From: Lachnospiraceae bacterium
Lineage (GTDB): Bacteria > Bacillota > Clostridia > Lachnospirales > Lachnospiraceae
Direction of reading: 5' to 3'
DNA length: 64,000 nt
Assembly: GCA_028724245.1 (NCBI GenBank)
Contig: JAQYDI010000161.1
Location: forward strand, 12,839-76,838
Of this stretch, positions 1-9,575 are shown piece by piece. Numbering within the stretch: the first letter of the stretch is position 1; each line of letters opens with the position of its first letter. The position numbers were made by a program, and so were the translations under genes. The notes below the pieces were generated by a model. That model saw only the letters and a program-made list of their open reading frames with translations. It did no database searches and was not told the DNA's origin.

Positions 1-490
1 AAACAACTCCGTTGATGGTGAGAGGCGCCTCGGGATTTTCCATCTCATAATGCCATCCCTCCTGACGGAAGATTTTGTCGGTTTCATAGATTCTGGGATT
101 CAGAACCGCATCCATGTACACATCCATCAGGTTCTGGAAATCCGTATCATTGCAGCTGGCCACAGGATAAACGGTTTTATCCGGGTACGTCATGGCATTC
201 AGAAAGGTATTCAGCGATCCCTTAACCAGTTCCACAAAAGGGTCCTTTAACGGAAATTTTTCGGAACCGCATAAAACGGAATGTTCCAGAATATGCGCAA
301 CCCCTGTACTGTTGGCCGGGGGAGTACGGAATCCTATGGTAAATACCTTATTCTCATCTTCATTGGACAGCAGAAAGATTCTTGCACCGCTTTTTTTATG
401 GCGCAGAATATATGCTGTGGAATTCAGATCACCAATGATTTCTTCTCTCAATAATTGATATGCATCCAGCTTTTCAAATGCCATATTCAT
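1..490 (-). CDS. Insulinase-family (M16C, PreP-like) zinc metallopeptidase, N-terminal part; runs off the window edge
   Basis: Manual translation MNMAFEKLDAY...FRTPPANSTGVAHILEHSVLCGSEKFPLKDPF...LNAMTYPDKT carries the inverted HxxEH zinc motif. GAGGAG RBS upstream. Not in the ORF track because it is truncated. Confidence 0.9.
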   Translation of the reverse strand, partial: MNMAFEKLDAYQLLREEIIGDLNSTAYILRHKKSGARIFLLSNEDENKVFTIGFRTPPANSTGVAHILEHSVLCGSEKFPLKDPFVELVKGSLNTFLNAMTYPDKTVYPVASCNDTDFQNLMDVYMDAVLNPRIYETDKIFRQEGWHYEMENPEAPLTINGVV

Positions 491-530
491 TCTCCTCACT
501 TTATCAAAATCCGGTTTTTATCCGGTCAGA

Positions 531-1367
531 TCACAATCCCGGTCTGCCGGTCGGGGTATACTCAAACTGATTGATCAGATGATATTTTATGATCAGCTGT
601 GCTTCCTCCACAATTCTGGCAGGCCATACCAGAACCGACTCATGGAAGGAAATCATCTCCATATGACGGCTCACATCACCCAGGTTTCTGACGATCATCC
701 GATAGCGGAATACAGAAGCCGCTTCTGCAACGATCCCCACCGTCGGCTCAGCCTCACGGGCCGAATCATCCCCGTACCAGTCCATCAGAATATACGCATA
801 GCTGTACATGATATTCTGTCTCAGATTATTGGAAATCTCTTCTGTTATAATCCTGTCGCTTTGTATCCCGTGATCGATCAGATATTTTTTCATCAGATCC
901 TGAATTTCATTCTCATCCACCGCCAGATCACGGAAGCGGCTGCAGCCTGCCAGCACCACCGATGTGTTCTGATGTCGGGTCATATAATCAATGGTGCAGG
1001 ACAGAGCATTGTAGTCACTCTCTGTAAGAGAAGTCTCCACATCGCCGTTTTCAATAAAAATCAGATAATCCGCATCTTCCGGATTGGAGGAAAAGCCCTG
1101 TGAAAAAATCAGAACCGTAAAAACCCCTATCAGAAGAAAATAGAGCCCGCAGCTGGTACAGATCACCGTCCGCAGTTCCAGAGGCATGCACCGGACATGC
1201 TTCTGCCTGCGCTTTCTGTCAACCCTGAGAATCAGCGCGATCAGCATAAATACAGCTGCGCCGACAGGCCAGTACAGCTGCGTCATCCAGGTGGCATCTG
1301 TAAATAATACCAGTACTGCATAATATATCACATGGATGCCGGAAACGGCAAACAAAAAGATTTCCAT
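531..1367 (-). CDS. Membrane protein with YdcF/DUF218 (ElyC/SanA-like) domain
   Basis: Three N-terminal hydrophobic segments, then MKKYLIDHGIQSDRIITEEISNNLRQNIMYS, typical of DUF218. Confidence 0.65.
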   Translation of the reverse strand: MEIFLFAVSGIHVIYYAVLVLFTDATWMTQLYWPVGAAVFMLIALILRVDRKRRQKHVRCMPLELRTVICTSCGLYFLLIGVFTVLIFSQGFSSNPEDADYLIFIENGDVETSLTESDYNALSCTIDYMTRHQNTSVVLAGCSRFRDLAVDENEIQDLMKKYLIDHGIQSDRIITEEISNNLRQNIMYSYAYILMDWYGDDSAREAEPTVGIVAEAASVFRYRMIVRNLGDVSRHMEMISFHESVLVWPARIVEEAQLIIKYHLINQFEYTPTGRPGL

Positions 1368-1372
1368 AATGA

Positions 1373-2599
1373 TCAGGCCTTCTTTCTAAGAATATCCCCT
1401 TCCTCAGGTGAAACACTCAAACGTACAAAAAGATGCTGTCTGGCATGGGGTGCACTCTCCTGCGCATTCCCCTCCTCGTCCGTGATGGAAAGAACCTGTG
1501 CCTCCTGATTCTGTCCGTCACGCTTCAGCAGTTCGACTGTTTCTCCCACTGAAAACTTATTCTTCTGCTCCAGGAAAAAGCTGCCGTCCTCCCGGACAGA
1601 CTGACTCATCCCCAGATAAATATAATCCTGAATATAGGTATTATTATCGTAAATCTGTGCCTGTGCATCCGGTTTTCCGTAGAAAAATCCGGTTGTAAAC
1701 GGGCGCATGGTGCATTTTTCAATTTCTGAACGGTACCAGTCCAGATTTTTCTCATAAAGAGCCGGATCAGTAAAATAATCGTCGATAGCCCTTCTGTAGG
1801 TTCTGGCAACCACAGCCACATACAGGGCCGCCTTCATGCGTCCCTCGATCTTAAAGCTGTCGATCCCCGCCTCCACCAGATCCGGAATATGATCGATCAT
1901 GCACAGATCCTTTGAATTGAAGATAAATGTCCCCCGTTCACTCTCCACTACCGGGAAATACTCCCCGGGGCGTTTTTCCTCCATGAGCGTATATTTCCAG
2001 CGGCAGGGATGGGTACACGCCCCCTGATTGGCGTCGCGGCCGGTCAGGTAGTTGGACAACAGACATCTGCCCGAGTAGGAGATGCACATGGCACCGTGAA
2101 CAAAGCTTTCAATCTCCATATCCTCCGGGATTTTTGAGCGGATCGTCCGGATTTCCTCCAGAGACAGTTCCCTTCCGGTTACCACGCGGGTTGCTCCCAG
2201 AGATTTCCAGAACAGAAAGGTACCGTAATTAACATTGTTGGCCTGGGTACTGATATGGAGCGGAATCTCCGGAATCACCTCTCTGGCCACCATGAAAAGG
2301 CCCGGGTCCGACACCAGTACCGCATCCGGTCCCACTTTTTTCAGTTCCGTAAAGTAAGCAGCCGCTTCCTCCAGATCCTGATTGTGCGCCAGAATATTAG
2401 CTGTTACATAGACCTTCACACCATGTTCATGAGCGAAACGGATGCCTTCCGCCAGCTCTTCCATGGAAAAATTCTTCGCTTTTGCACGGAGGCTGAATGC
2501 TTCTCCGCCCACATATACAGCGTCTGCACCGTAATACACCGCTGTTTTTAAAACTTCAAGACTCCCGGCGGGAATCAAAAGTTCCGGTTTTTTCATCAT
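1373..2599 (-). CDS. U32 family peptidase-like protein (TrhP/YrrO-type tRNA hydroxylation)
   Basis: KPELLIPAGS, FVHGAMCISYSGRCLLS, GACTHPCRW, SFKIEGRMK motifs; adjacent to an O-methyltransferase. Confidence 0.9.
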   Translation of the reverse strand: MMKKPELLIPAGSLEVLKTAVYYGADAVYVGGEAFSLRAKAKNFSMEELAEGIRFAHEHGVKVYVTANILAHNQDLEEAAAYFTELKKVGPDAVLVSDPGLFMVAREVIPEIPLHISTQANNVNYGTFLFWKSLGATRVVTGRELSLEEIRTIRSKIPEDMEIESFVHGAMCISYSGRCLLSNYLTGRDANQGACTHPCRWKYTLMEEKRPGEYFPVVESERGTFIFNSKDLCMIDHIPDLVEAGIDSFKIEGRMKAALYVAVVARTYRRAIDDYFTDPALYEKNLDWYRSEIEKCTMRPFTTGFFYGKPDAQAQIYDNNTYIQDYIYLGMSQSVREDGSFFLEQKNKFSVGETVELLKRDGQNQEAQVLSITDEEGNAQESAPHARQHLFVRLSVSPEEGDILRKKA

Positions 2600-2605
2600 T
2601 TTCTC

Positions 2606-3250
2606 CTATCTTGTCTTAACACTGACGGTTACACCGTCACCCACTGTCAGCACAGAGGATTCCAGACCTTCCGTGTGCTTCAGGGCATACAGGTACTCCC
2701 TCATACGGCTGTGGATCGTCCGGTTTCTCCGGGTTACGCCGTAACGGGATTCCACCAGCTGCCCGTCCTGCAGAATATTGTCGGAAACGAGCACACCACC
2801 CGGCTCCAACAGACGCATAACAGCCGGAAGGAAATGAATATACTGCCCCTTCGCGGCATCCATAAAGATAAAATCAAAAGACCCCTCCAGCGTTTCAAGC
2901 ACTTCTGCAGCATCACCGGCAATCAGATGGATTACATCCTCTTTACCTGCCCTGCGAAAGTTTGCCTGTGCCAGAGGGATTCTTTTTTCATATTTTTCAA
3001 TCGTCGTAATCGTGCAGCCTTCCGGCATCACCTCGCTCATCAGAAGCGCGGAAAAACCGGTCGCTGTGCCCACCTCCAGAATCCTGCGGGGGCGTTTCAT
3101 GAGAATCAGACTCCGGAGCAGACTCCCGGTCTCCCTGCGGATGATCGGAACCCTGTCCCGGATTGCCTCTGCTTCTATATCAGCCAGAACCGGAGTATAA
3201 TCCGGTTCCAGCGATCTGATATATTCGGTTGTTCTTTCATCGATAATCAT
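2606..3250 (-). CDS. O-methyltransferase (TrmR/YrrM-like)
   Basis: ILEVGTATGFS SAM motif, FDFIFMDAAKGQY, VLVSDN. Start moved to ATG 3250 behind an AGGAG RBS. Confidence 0.88.
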   Translation of the reverse strand: MIIDERTTEYIRSLEPDYTPVLADIEAEAIRDRVPIIRRETGSLLRSLILMKRPRRILEVGTATGFSALLMSEVMPEGCTITTIEKYEKRIPLAQANFRRAGKEDVIHLIAGDAAEVLETLEGSFDFIFMDAAKGQYIHFLPAVMRLLEPGGVLVSDNILQDGQLVESRYGVTRRNRTIHSRMREYLYALKHTEGLESSVLTVGDGVTVSVKTR

Positions 3251-3254
3251 TGAT

Positions 3255-3659
3255 CTACTCCTGTAAGCTGGCAGGGCCGCCATCCAGATACATCAGAATC
3301 TCCTTGCTTGTCATGGAAGTATTCATATCATACTCACCCGGCTGCAGGATCTTATCATAAAAGATGATCTGACAACGGAAAATGAGTTTGTCGCGGATCA
3401 GTCCCGCATCTGCCAGCCCGTCAATAATCTCCGCAGTGGATTCGCCTTTTTCCACCGTGAATGTAACTTCTCTGCCCGGAGGGGCTGACATGGCAGGTGC
3501 CGCAAACAGGTTGTATCCGAAATCATATCCCATACTGATCACAAAGTGGAACAACAAAACCACCAGAAGAATGCCGATCAGACGGATGCCGGCGCGCAGC
3601 GCGCTTCCCACCGCCCGATTAGCCTTTTTTATATTGATCTCACTGCTGTTTTCTGCCAT
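3255..3659 (-). CDS. Short MltG/YceG-like membrane protein (N-terminal part only)
   Basis: TM helix, then VTFTVEKGESTAEIIDGLADAGLI...LQPGEYDMNTSMTSKEILMYL, resembling the MltG N-terminal region; sits in the mltG position upstream of the yrrM-like gene. Confidence 0.7.
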   Translation of the reverse strand: MAENSSEINIKKANRAVGSALRAGIRLIGILLVVLLFHFVISMGYDFGYNLFAAPAMSAPPGREVTFTVEKGESTAEIIDGLADAGLIRDKLIFRCQIIFYDKILQPGEYDMNTSMTSKEILMYLDGGPASLQE

Positions 3660-3676
3660 ACCTTATCAAATCCTTA

Positions 3677-5341
3677 TCAAACTTCCATGATAATCGGAAG
3701 AATCATGGGATTACGTTTCATCTTCTTCCAGAGATAATCACTTAAATTATCTCTGATCACTGTTTTCAGGCGAACCCAGTCGGTAATATTCCGTCTCAGA
3801 CACTCGTCTACCGCGCTGCAGACAACCTGTCTGGCCTCTTCCATAAGATCTTCCGATTCTCTTACGTACACAAAACCTCTCGATACGATATCGGGACCGG
3901 CCAGAAGCTGGTTGGTATGTTTCTCCAGAGAAAGTACCACGATAATGATACCATTCTGTGAGAGGCTCTGGCGGTCACGCAGTACGATATTGCCCACATC
4001 GCCCACGCCAAGTCCGTCCACCAGAACGGAACCTGCATGTACCTTGCCTGTAATGGCAGCTTCTTCTTCATTCATCTCCAGTACGTCACCTGCATTCATC
4101 ATGAAAATGTGATCCTTGGGAATACCCAGAGACTGTACCAGACCGGACTGTGCCTGACGGTGGCGGAACTCGCCGTGGATCGGAATCGCATACTTCGGAT
4201 GGATCAGGGAATACATCAGCTTGATTTCCTCCTGACAGGCGTGTCCGGAAACATGTGTGTCCTGATAGATTACATGAGCGCCCTTCATGGACAGCTCGTT
4301 GATGATCTTGGCAACAGCCTTTTCATTGCCGGGAATCGGAGAGGAACTCAGAATGATCGCATCTCCGGGTTTGATGGTCACCTTGCGGTGGATGCCGGCT
4401 GCCATTCTTGACAGCGCTGCCATGGATTCACCCTGACTTCCCGTAGTGATCAGAACAGTCTTCTCTTCCGGATAATTCTTGAGTGAATCCAGATCGATGA
4501 GGGTTCCGTCGGGAATATCCAGATAATCCAGTTCCATGGCCGTATTGATGATATTGACCATGCTCCGGCCTTCCACAACGACCTTGCGGCCGTATTTATA
4601 CGCCGTATTGATGATCTGCTGAACACGGTCCACATTGGACGCAAATGTTGCAACAATAATTCTGTGATTGATATTCTCAGCAAACAGATTGTCGAAGGTT
4701 CTGCCGACTGTACGCTCCGACATGGTAAAACCTTCTCTTATGGCATTGGTACTCTCACATAACAGAGCCAGCACGCCCTTCTTGCCCAGCTCGGCAAAGC
4801 GCTGCAGATCCACCGCATCGCCGTACACGGGCGTATAATCGATTTTAAAATCGCCTGTATGGATCACTGTTCCCACAGGTGTAAAAATAGCAAATGCCGC
4901 TGCATCGGCAATACTATGATTTGTCCTGATAAATTCCACACGGAAACAGCCTGCGTTAATGGACTGTCCGTATTTTACAACTTTTTTCTTAACTGCTTTC
5001 AGATTGGGATGTTCTTTTAACTTGCTTTCAATAATTCCGATGGTCAGCTTCGTTCCGTAAACGGGTACATTTACATCGCGAAGGATATAGGGCAGCGCCC
5101 CGATATGATCCTCATGACCATGGGTAATAAAAAATCCCTTAACTTTCTCAATATTCTCTTTCAGATATGTGACATCCGGAATGACCAGATCGATACCCAG
5201 CATATCGTCTCCGGGGAAGCTCAGCCCGCAGTCAATTACGATAATACTGTCATCATACTCCAGTGCCGTAATATTCATACCGATGGATTCCAAACCACCC
5301 AGGGGGATGATACGTAATTTATGGTTTGCTCCTGACTTCAA
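3677..5341 (-). CDS. rnj: Ribonuclease J
   Basis: IIPLGGLESIGMN, THGHEDHIG, HTGDFK, TGSQGE, HVSGHA motifs; TTG start with GGAGG RBS. Confidence 0.96.
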   Translation of the reverse strand: MKSGANHKLRIIPLGGLESIGMNITALEYDDSIIVIDCGLSFPGDDMLGIDLVIPDVTYLKENIEKVKGFFITHGHEDHIGALPYILRDVNVPVYGTKLTIGIIESKLKEHPNLKAVKKKVVKYGQSINAGCFRVEFIRTNHSIADAAAFAIFTPVGTVIHTGDFKIDYTPVYGDAVDLQRFAELGKKGVLALLCESTNAIREGFTMSERTVGRTFDNLFAENINHRIIVATFASNVDRVQQIINTAYKYGRKVVVEGRSMVNIINTAMELDYLDIPDGTLIDLDSLKNYPEEKTVLITTGSQGESMAALSRMAAGIHRKVTIKPGDAIILSSSPIPGNEKAVAKIINELSMKGAHVIYQDTHVSGHACQEEIKLMYSLIHPKYAIPIHGEFRHRQAQSGLVQSLGIPKDHIFMMNAGDVLEMNEEEAAITGKVHAGSVLVDGLGVGDVGNIVLRDRQSLSQNGIIIVVLSLEKHTNQLLAGPDIVSRGFVYVRESEDLMEEARQVVCSAVDECLRRNITDWVRLKTVIRDNLSDYLWKKMKRNPMILPIIMEV

Positions 5342-5461
5342 TTAGTTACCTCCGTGCTTTCTGCTGCAGTACCACACAGCGATACTGCGCCTGATATCAA
5401 TGCAGGAAGAAAACCAGCATGAACCCGAAGGACTGTCATGTATTCTTCAAAGGACTGTAAT

Positions 5462-5746
5462 CTAATCTTCAATCGCTACATCGTCCATTAAATTCTGAAA
5501 AATATCCAGTACTCCGGCCAGTTCATCCTCATTCTCAACCATTACATAAACTGCTTCAGAATCACCCGGAAGAGAATCATCTCTGAAAATATAGCACTCC
5601 GCCTCTTCGGCAGCCTCATCGTCCAGACTGCTGTCCGATGCCAGAAGGTAATCTCTTCCATTGATCCTGGTCTTTTCCAATACAAATAATTCAAGGGTCT
5701 CGCCGTCTTCTGTCGTGAGAACAATCCTGTTGCTGTTACTACTCAT
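5462..5746 (-). CDS. DUF1292 domain protein (YrzB-like)
   Basis: Acidic 94 aa protein, IVLTTEDGE...INGRDYLL; conserved position after ruvX. Confidence 0.8.
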   Translation of the reverse strand: MSSNSNRIVLTTEDGETLELFVLEKTRINGRDYLLASDSSLDDEAAEEAECYIFRDDSLPGDSEAVYVMVENEDELAGVLDIFQNLMDDVAIED

Positions 5747-6186
5747 TCAATCTCCTTATGTGCCGCAAAAGCCTGCGCATCAAGATAGGTCTGCAGGATA
5801 AATACAGCCGCGATCTTGTCGATAACCTCCTTGCGGTTCTCTCTGCGCACTCCCGATTCCATCAGAACCCGTTCTGCTGAAACCGTAGTAAGACGTTCAT
5901 CCTGAAGAACCACCTCAAGGCCGGTCCGGCGCTTCAGCATCTCCATGAATTCAAGTGTTGCCTGTACGCGCGGACCTTCTGTGTTGTTCATGTTCTTCGG
6001 GCAGCCCAGCACAATTTTTTCTACATCATATTCCTTAATCAGCTGCTCTATGCGTGCAAGTGTCTTCCTCAGCTTGTTCGCCTGTGTCCGCTGGATCGTC
6101 TCCAGTCCCTGTGCCGTAATGCCCAGCGCATCACTGACTGCCACTCCCACGGTTTTTGAGCCGTAATCCAATCCAAGTATACGCAT
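5743..6186 (-). CDS. ruvX: RuvX/YqgF family nuclease
   Basis: [41 protein letters not shown]. Confidence 0.95.
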   Translation of the reverse strand: MRILGLDYGSKTVGVAVSDALGITAQGLETIQRTQANKLRKTLARIEQLIKEYDVEKIVLGCPKNMNNTEGPRVQATLEFMEMLKRRTGLEVVLQDERLTTVSAERVLMESGVRRENRKEVIDKIAAVFILQTYLDAQAFAAHKEIE

Positions 6187-6191
6187 GTCTG

Positions 6192-6455
6192 CTACCTGTT
6201 CAGTTTGTTTTCCAGATAAAAACGCATCAGTTCTTCCAGTATTTCATCACGTTCCACTTTCATGATCATACTTCTGGCTCCTTTATAGCTGGTAATATAA
6301 GTGGGGTCACCAGACATAATATAGCCTACGATCTGACTCTGAGGGTTGTATCCCTTCTCCATCATGGCATGACATACTGCCTCCAGAACCTTTTCCACAT
6401 CGCTTTCGTTGTCCTGAGGCACTTTGAAAAACTGCGTAACATTCGTATTACTCAC
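6192..6455 (-). CDS. ireB: IreB/ReoM family regulatory phosphoprotein (UPF0297)
   Basis: [29 protein letters not shown] signature. Confidence 0.93.
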   Translation of the reverse strand: MSNTNVTQFFKVPQDNESDVEKVLEAVCHAMMEKGYNPQSQIVGYIMSGDPTYITSYKGARSMIMKVERDEILEELMRFYLENKLNR

Positions 6456-6503
6456 ACAATCACTTCCTTTACATAAATATTAATCCGGGCAATACTCAGC
6501 CCT

Positions 6504-6532
6504 ATTTTAATACATTTTGACCCATTCGGCAA
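6504..6532 (-). promoter_or_regulatory. Sigma-A promoter for ireB-ruvX-DUF1292
   Basis: TTGCCG-17 nt-TAAAAT on the minus strand. Confidence 0.65.
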
Positions 6533-6556
6533 GTGGTAGCGTGAATAAAGTTCTTT

Positions 6557-7861
6557 CTAACGGATGATCAGCATGTGATTTTCTGTCACCTCACAGGCTT
6601 TTCCGGTCATAATTCTGTTGGAGCCGCAGTCTTTTACAAGACATTTTACGTACTCTTTCGTATGACCGCATCTCCATGTTTCGCCCTCATATGAAATCTC
6701 ATCCTCCGTCAGAATCTCCACCTGACGCCCCGGATACCAGGACAGATACTCCTGCTGCTTACGGGCAGCAATCTCCAGCAGTCTGTGACTGCGCTGTGTT
6801 TTGACCGGATCCTGTATCTGACCTTCCATGGAATCGGCACGCGTTCCCTTTCTGCGGGAGTATTTGAACACATGCATCTCGGCAAAGCCCACCTTTTCCA
6901 CGAATGCGCAGGTTTCTTCAAATTCCTCCTCAGTTTCCTGAGGAAATCCCGCAATCACATCGGTGGTAATGGCCGGGTGCTCAAAATACCTGCGGATCAG
7001 TTCACATTTACTATAGTATTCACCGGCTGTATAATGTCTATTCATCCGTTTCAGCACAGTATCGGAGCCGCTCTGGAGAGACAGATGAAAATGCGGGCAG
7101 AATTTATCGCACTGAGACAACGGTCTGATAAAATCTTCCGTAATCACATTGGGCTCCAGCGAACCCAGCCGGATCCGCCGGATGCCGTCGATTTCGGCTG
7201 CGGCCAGAATCACTTCCTTCAGCAGAGGTTTCTTCTCTTCATTCAGGTCCATGCCATAGGAGCTTAAATGAATGCCTGTCAGAACCACTTCCTGAAAGCC
7301 TTTTTCCGCCAGTGTACGGATCTCGGCGATCACATCCTCCACAGCCCTGCTTCTTGCTCTTCCTCTGGCATAGGGAATCAGACAGTAGCTGCAGAACTGA
7401 TTGCATCCATCCTGAATCTTCAGGAAAGCCCGGCTCCTGTCCTCCGTGGCGGTCAGGAACATGGACTCATACTCCCTCTCCTGTCTCAGATCGCATACCG
7501 CTTCCTGAAGCGTATGACTGGTCTCGTATTCCTCCAGAAGTTCATACAGACGGTTTTTCTGATTATTACCGATGATCAGATCCGCCGTATGGTCCCGGAT
7601 CAATTCTTCTTTAAAAGTCTGCGCATAGCATCCCACCGCCGCGATCACCGCCTGAGGATTCTTTTTTCTTGCCTTATGAAGCATCTGACGTGATTTCTGG
7701 TCGGCGATATTGGTAACGGTGCAGGTATTGATAATATAAACATCTGCTGTATCCGAAAAAGGAACAATTTCATACCCATGCTCTTTCAGCTGGGATTTCA
7801 TAACCTCTGTTTCGTAGGTATTGACCTTACAACCTAATGTATGAAACGCTGCTTTTTTCAA
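6557..7861 (-). CDS. mtaB: tRNA t6A37 methylthiotransferase MtaB
   Basis: TLGCKVNTYE, INTCTVT, radical SAM CNQFCSYC, C-terminal TRAM-like region. Confidence 0.95.
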   Translation of the reverse strand: MKKAAFHTLGCKVNTYETEVMKSQLKEHGYEIVPFSDTADVYIINTCTVTNIADQKSRQMLHKARKKNPQAVIAAVGCYAQTFKEELIRDHTADLIIGNNQKNRLYELLEEYETSHTLQEAVCDLRQEREYESMFLTATEDRSRAFLKIQDGCNQFCSYCLIPYARGRARSRAVEDVIAEIRTLAEKGFQEVVLTGIHLSSYGMDLNEEKKPLLKEVILAAAEIDGIRRIRLGSLEPNVITEDFIRPLSQCDKFCPHFHLSLQSGSDTVLKRMNRHYTAGEYYSKCELIRRYFEHPAITTDVIAGFPQETEEEFEETCAFVEKVGFAEMHVFKYSRRKGTRADSMEGQIQDPVKTQRSHRLLEIAARKQQEYLSWYPGRQVEILTEDEISYEGETWRCGHTKEYVKCLVKDCGSNRIMTGKACEVTENHMLIIR

Positions 7862-7943
7862 TTTCGACTCCTTTCTGATAAAAATTGCTCAAAAAATTCT
7901 AAATTTTTCCCGGGGATTGTATCTCCAAAGAACCCTAAATTGC

Positions 7944-7972
7944 TTGACATCGAGTGCTTCTCTTAGTAAAAT
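7944..7972 (+). promoter_or_regulatory. Sigma-A promoter for the HPr-like gene
   Basis: TTGACA-17 nt-TAAAAT. Confidence 0.8.
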
Positions 7973-8011
7973 TACAAGTAACGAACATTAAATTTAAAGG
8001 AGGATTTTCCT

Positions 8012-8245
8012 GTGAAAACCATCAGTATTATGTTAAACTCAATCGACAAAGTAAAAGCATTTGTTAATACCCTGACAAAATTCGATTGTGATTTCGATTT
8101 AATCTCCGGAAGATACGTAATCGATGCAAAATCTATCATGGGCATCTTCAGTCTGGATCTTTCCAAACCCATCGAACTGAACATCCATGCTACAGATAAG
8201 CTTGATGAGATTCTCGAAGCATTAAAACCTTACGTGGTAGAATAA
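8012..8245 (+). CDS. HPr family protein lacking His15
   Basis: VIDAKSIMGIFSL Ser46 motif; GGAGG RBS, GTG start; no N-terminal His. Confidence 0.88.
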   Translation: MKTISIMLNSIDKVKAFVNTLTKFDCDFDLISGRYVIDAKSIMGIFSLDLSKPIELNIHATDKLDEILEALKPYVVE

Positions 8246-8269
8246 TCCGCACGTAATTCTTCACGAACA

Positions 8270-8304
8270 CAAAAAGGGGTGTCCGAAAGGGCATCCCCTT
8301 TTTG
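8270..8304. terminator. Bidirectional intrinsic terminator between the HPr-like gene and thiI
   Basis: CAAAAAGGGGTGTCC-GAAA-GGGCATCCCCTTTTTG. Confidence 0.85.
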
Positions 8305-8328
8305 TATCCGTTCAGAGCCAGATTCCGT

Positions 8329-9522
8329 CTACCGTTCGCTTTCACACCAGACCGTTTCCACCGTATTCATGGCTGCTTCGTAAAGCGGCTCGATCACACC
8401 TTCCAGATTCCGTTCCGAACGTTTGATAATATTCAGATTGGGCTTTGTAACGGGATGCTTGGCCACAAAAATCGTACAGCAGTCTTCATAAGGAAGGATG
8501 GATGTTTCAAACGTACCGATCTGCTGTGAAATTTCCACAATATCCTGTTTATCAAATCCCACCAGAGGACGGTAAACCGGCATCTCACATACTTCATTGG
8601 TAACTGCCATGGACTGCATGGTCTGGGAAGCAACCTGGCCGATGCTTTCTCCTGTGATCAGTCCCAGACAGCCTGTCTTAACCGCCAGATCCTGAGCAAT
8701 TTTCATCATATACCGTCTCATGATGATCGTCAGCTCATCGTGGGGACATTTCTCATAGATTGCCAGCTGAATATCCGTAAAATTCACAATATGCAGATTC
8801 ACGGGACCTGCATAGGCAGCCACTTCCTTCGCCAGATCAATGACCTTCTGCTTTGCACGCTCACTGGTGTAGGGCGGTGCGTGGAAATAAACGGCATCAA
8901 TGACAACGCCGCGCTTGGCGATCATGTAGCCGGCCACAGGGCTGTCAATACCGCCGGAAAGCAGAAGCATGGCCTTGCCGTTGGTGCCCACCGGCATACC
9001 GCCGGGACCTTTTACCGTTTTGGAATAGATATTGATCTTCTGACGGATCTCGATATGCAGCATTACATCCGGATTGTGCACATCCACATGCACGCCGGGA
9101 ATCTGATTCAGAATCACTTCACCCATATTGCGGCAGATCTCATTGGAATTAAGCGGATAATTCTTTCTGGCACGGCGTGCCTGTACCTTAAAGCTGTACT
9201 GCTCCTGACCGTAGGTTTCCTTCATGTAGGATACAACGGTTTCACAGAGTTTATCCCAGCCCTCATCTTCTACCTGCAGCATGGGACAGATTCCCTGAAT
9301 CCCGAACACATGCTGCAAAGCCTCATATACATCTTCTTCATCAAAATCATCATTGTCCGCCATTACGTAAATGCGGCCGTCTTCCTTGCATACAGTGAAA
9401 GATCCGTCAATCCGTCTTAAAGCACGGCGGATCTGCTTCATCAGTGCATCCTCAAACAGATACCGGTTTTTTCCCTTGATGCCGATCTCTGCGTATTTAA
9501 TTAAAAAAGCATGAAATTTCAT
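8329..9522 (-). CDS. thiI: tRNA 4-thiouridine synthase ThiI (possible alternative start at GTG 9579)
   Basis: IKYAEIGIKGKNR, THUMP domain, LLLSGGIDSPVA PP-loop, ITGESIGQVASQT, PYEDCC. Confidence 0.95.
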   Translation of the reverse strand: MKFHAFLIKYAEIGIKGKNRYLFEDALMKQIRRALRRIDGSFTVCKEDGRIYVMADNDDFDEEDVYEALQHVFGIQGICPMLQVEDEGWDKLCETVVSYMKETYGQEQYSFKVQARRARKNYPLNSNEICRNMGEVILNQIPGVHVDVHNPDVMLHIEIRQKINIYSKTVKGPGGMPVGTNGKAMLLLSGGIDSPVAGYMIAKRGVVIDAVYFHAPPYTSERAKQKVIDLAKEVAAYAGPVNLHIVNFTDIQLAIYEKCPHDELTIIMRRYMMKIAQDLAVKTGCLGLITGESIGQVASQTMQSMAVTNEVCEMPVYRPLVGFDKQDIVEISQQIGTFETSILPYEDCCTIFVAKHPVTKPNLNIIKRSERNLEGVIEPLYEAAMNTVETVWCESER

Positions 9523-9575
9523 CTTAATCTCCATTCCACCGCCGGACGGCGGCACAAATCTCCAATCTTTCTCTG

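Noticed and set aside
8304-8321. GTATCCGTTCAGAGCCAG as another MITE end
   Set aside because: Only an 11-bp core matches and the terminus is degenerate; could be chance.
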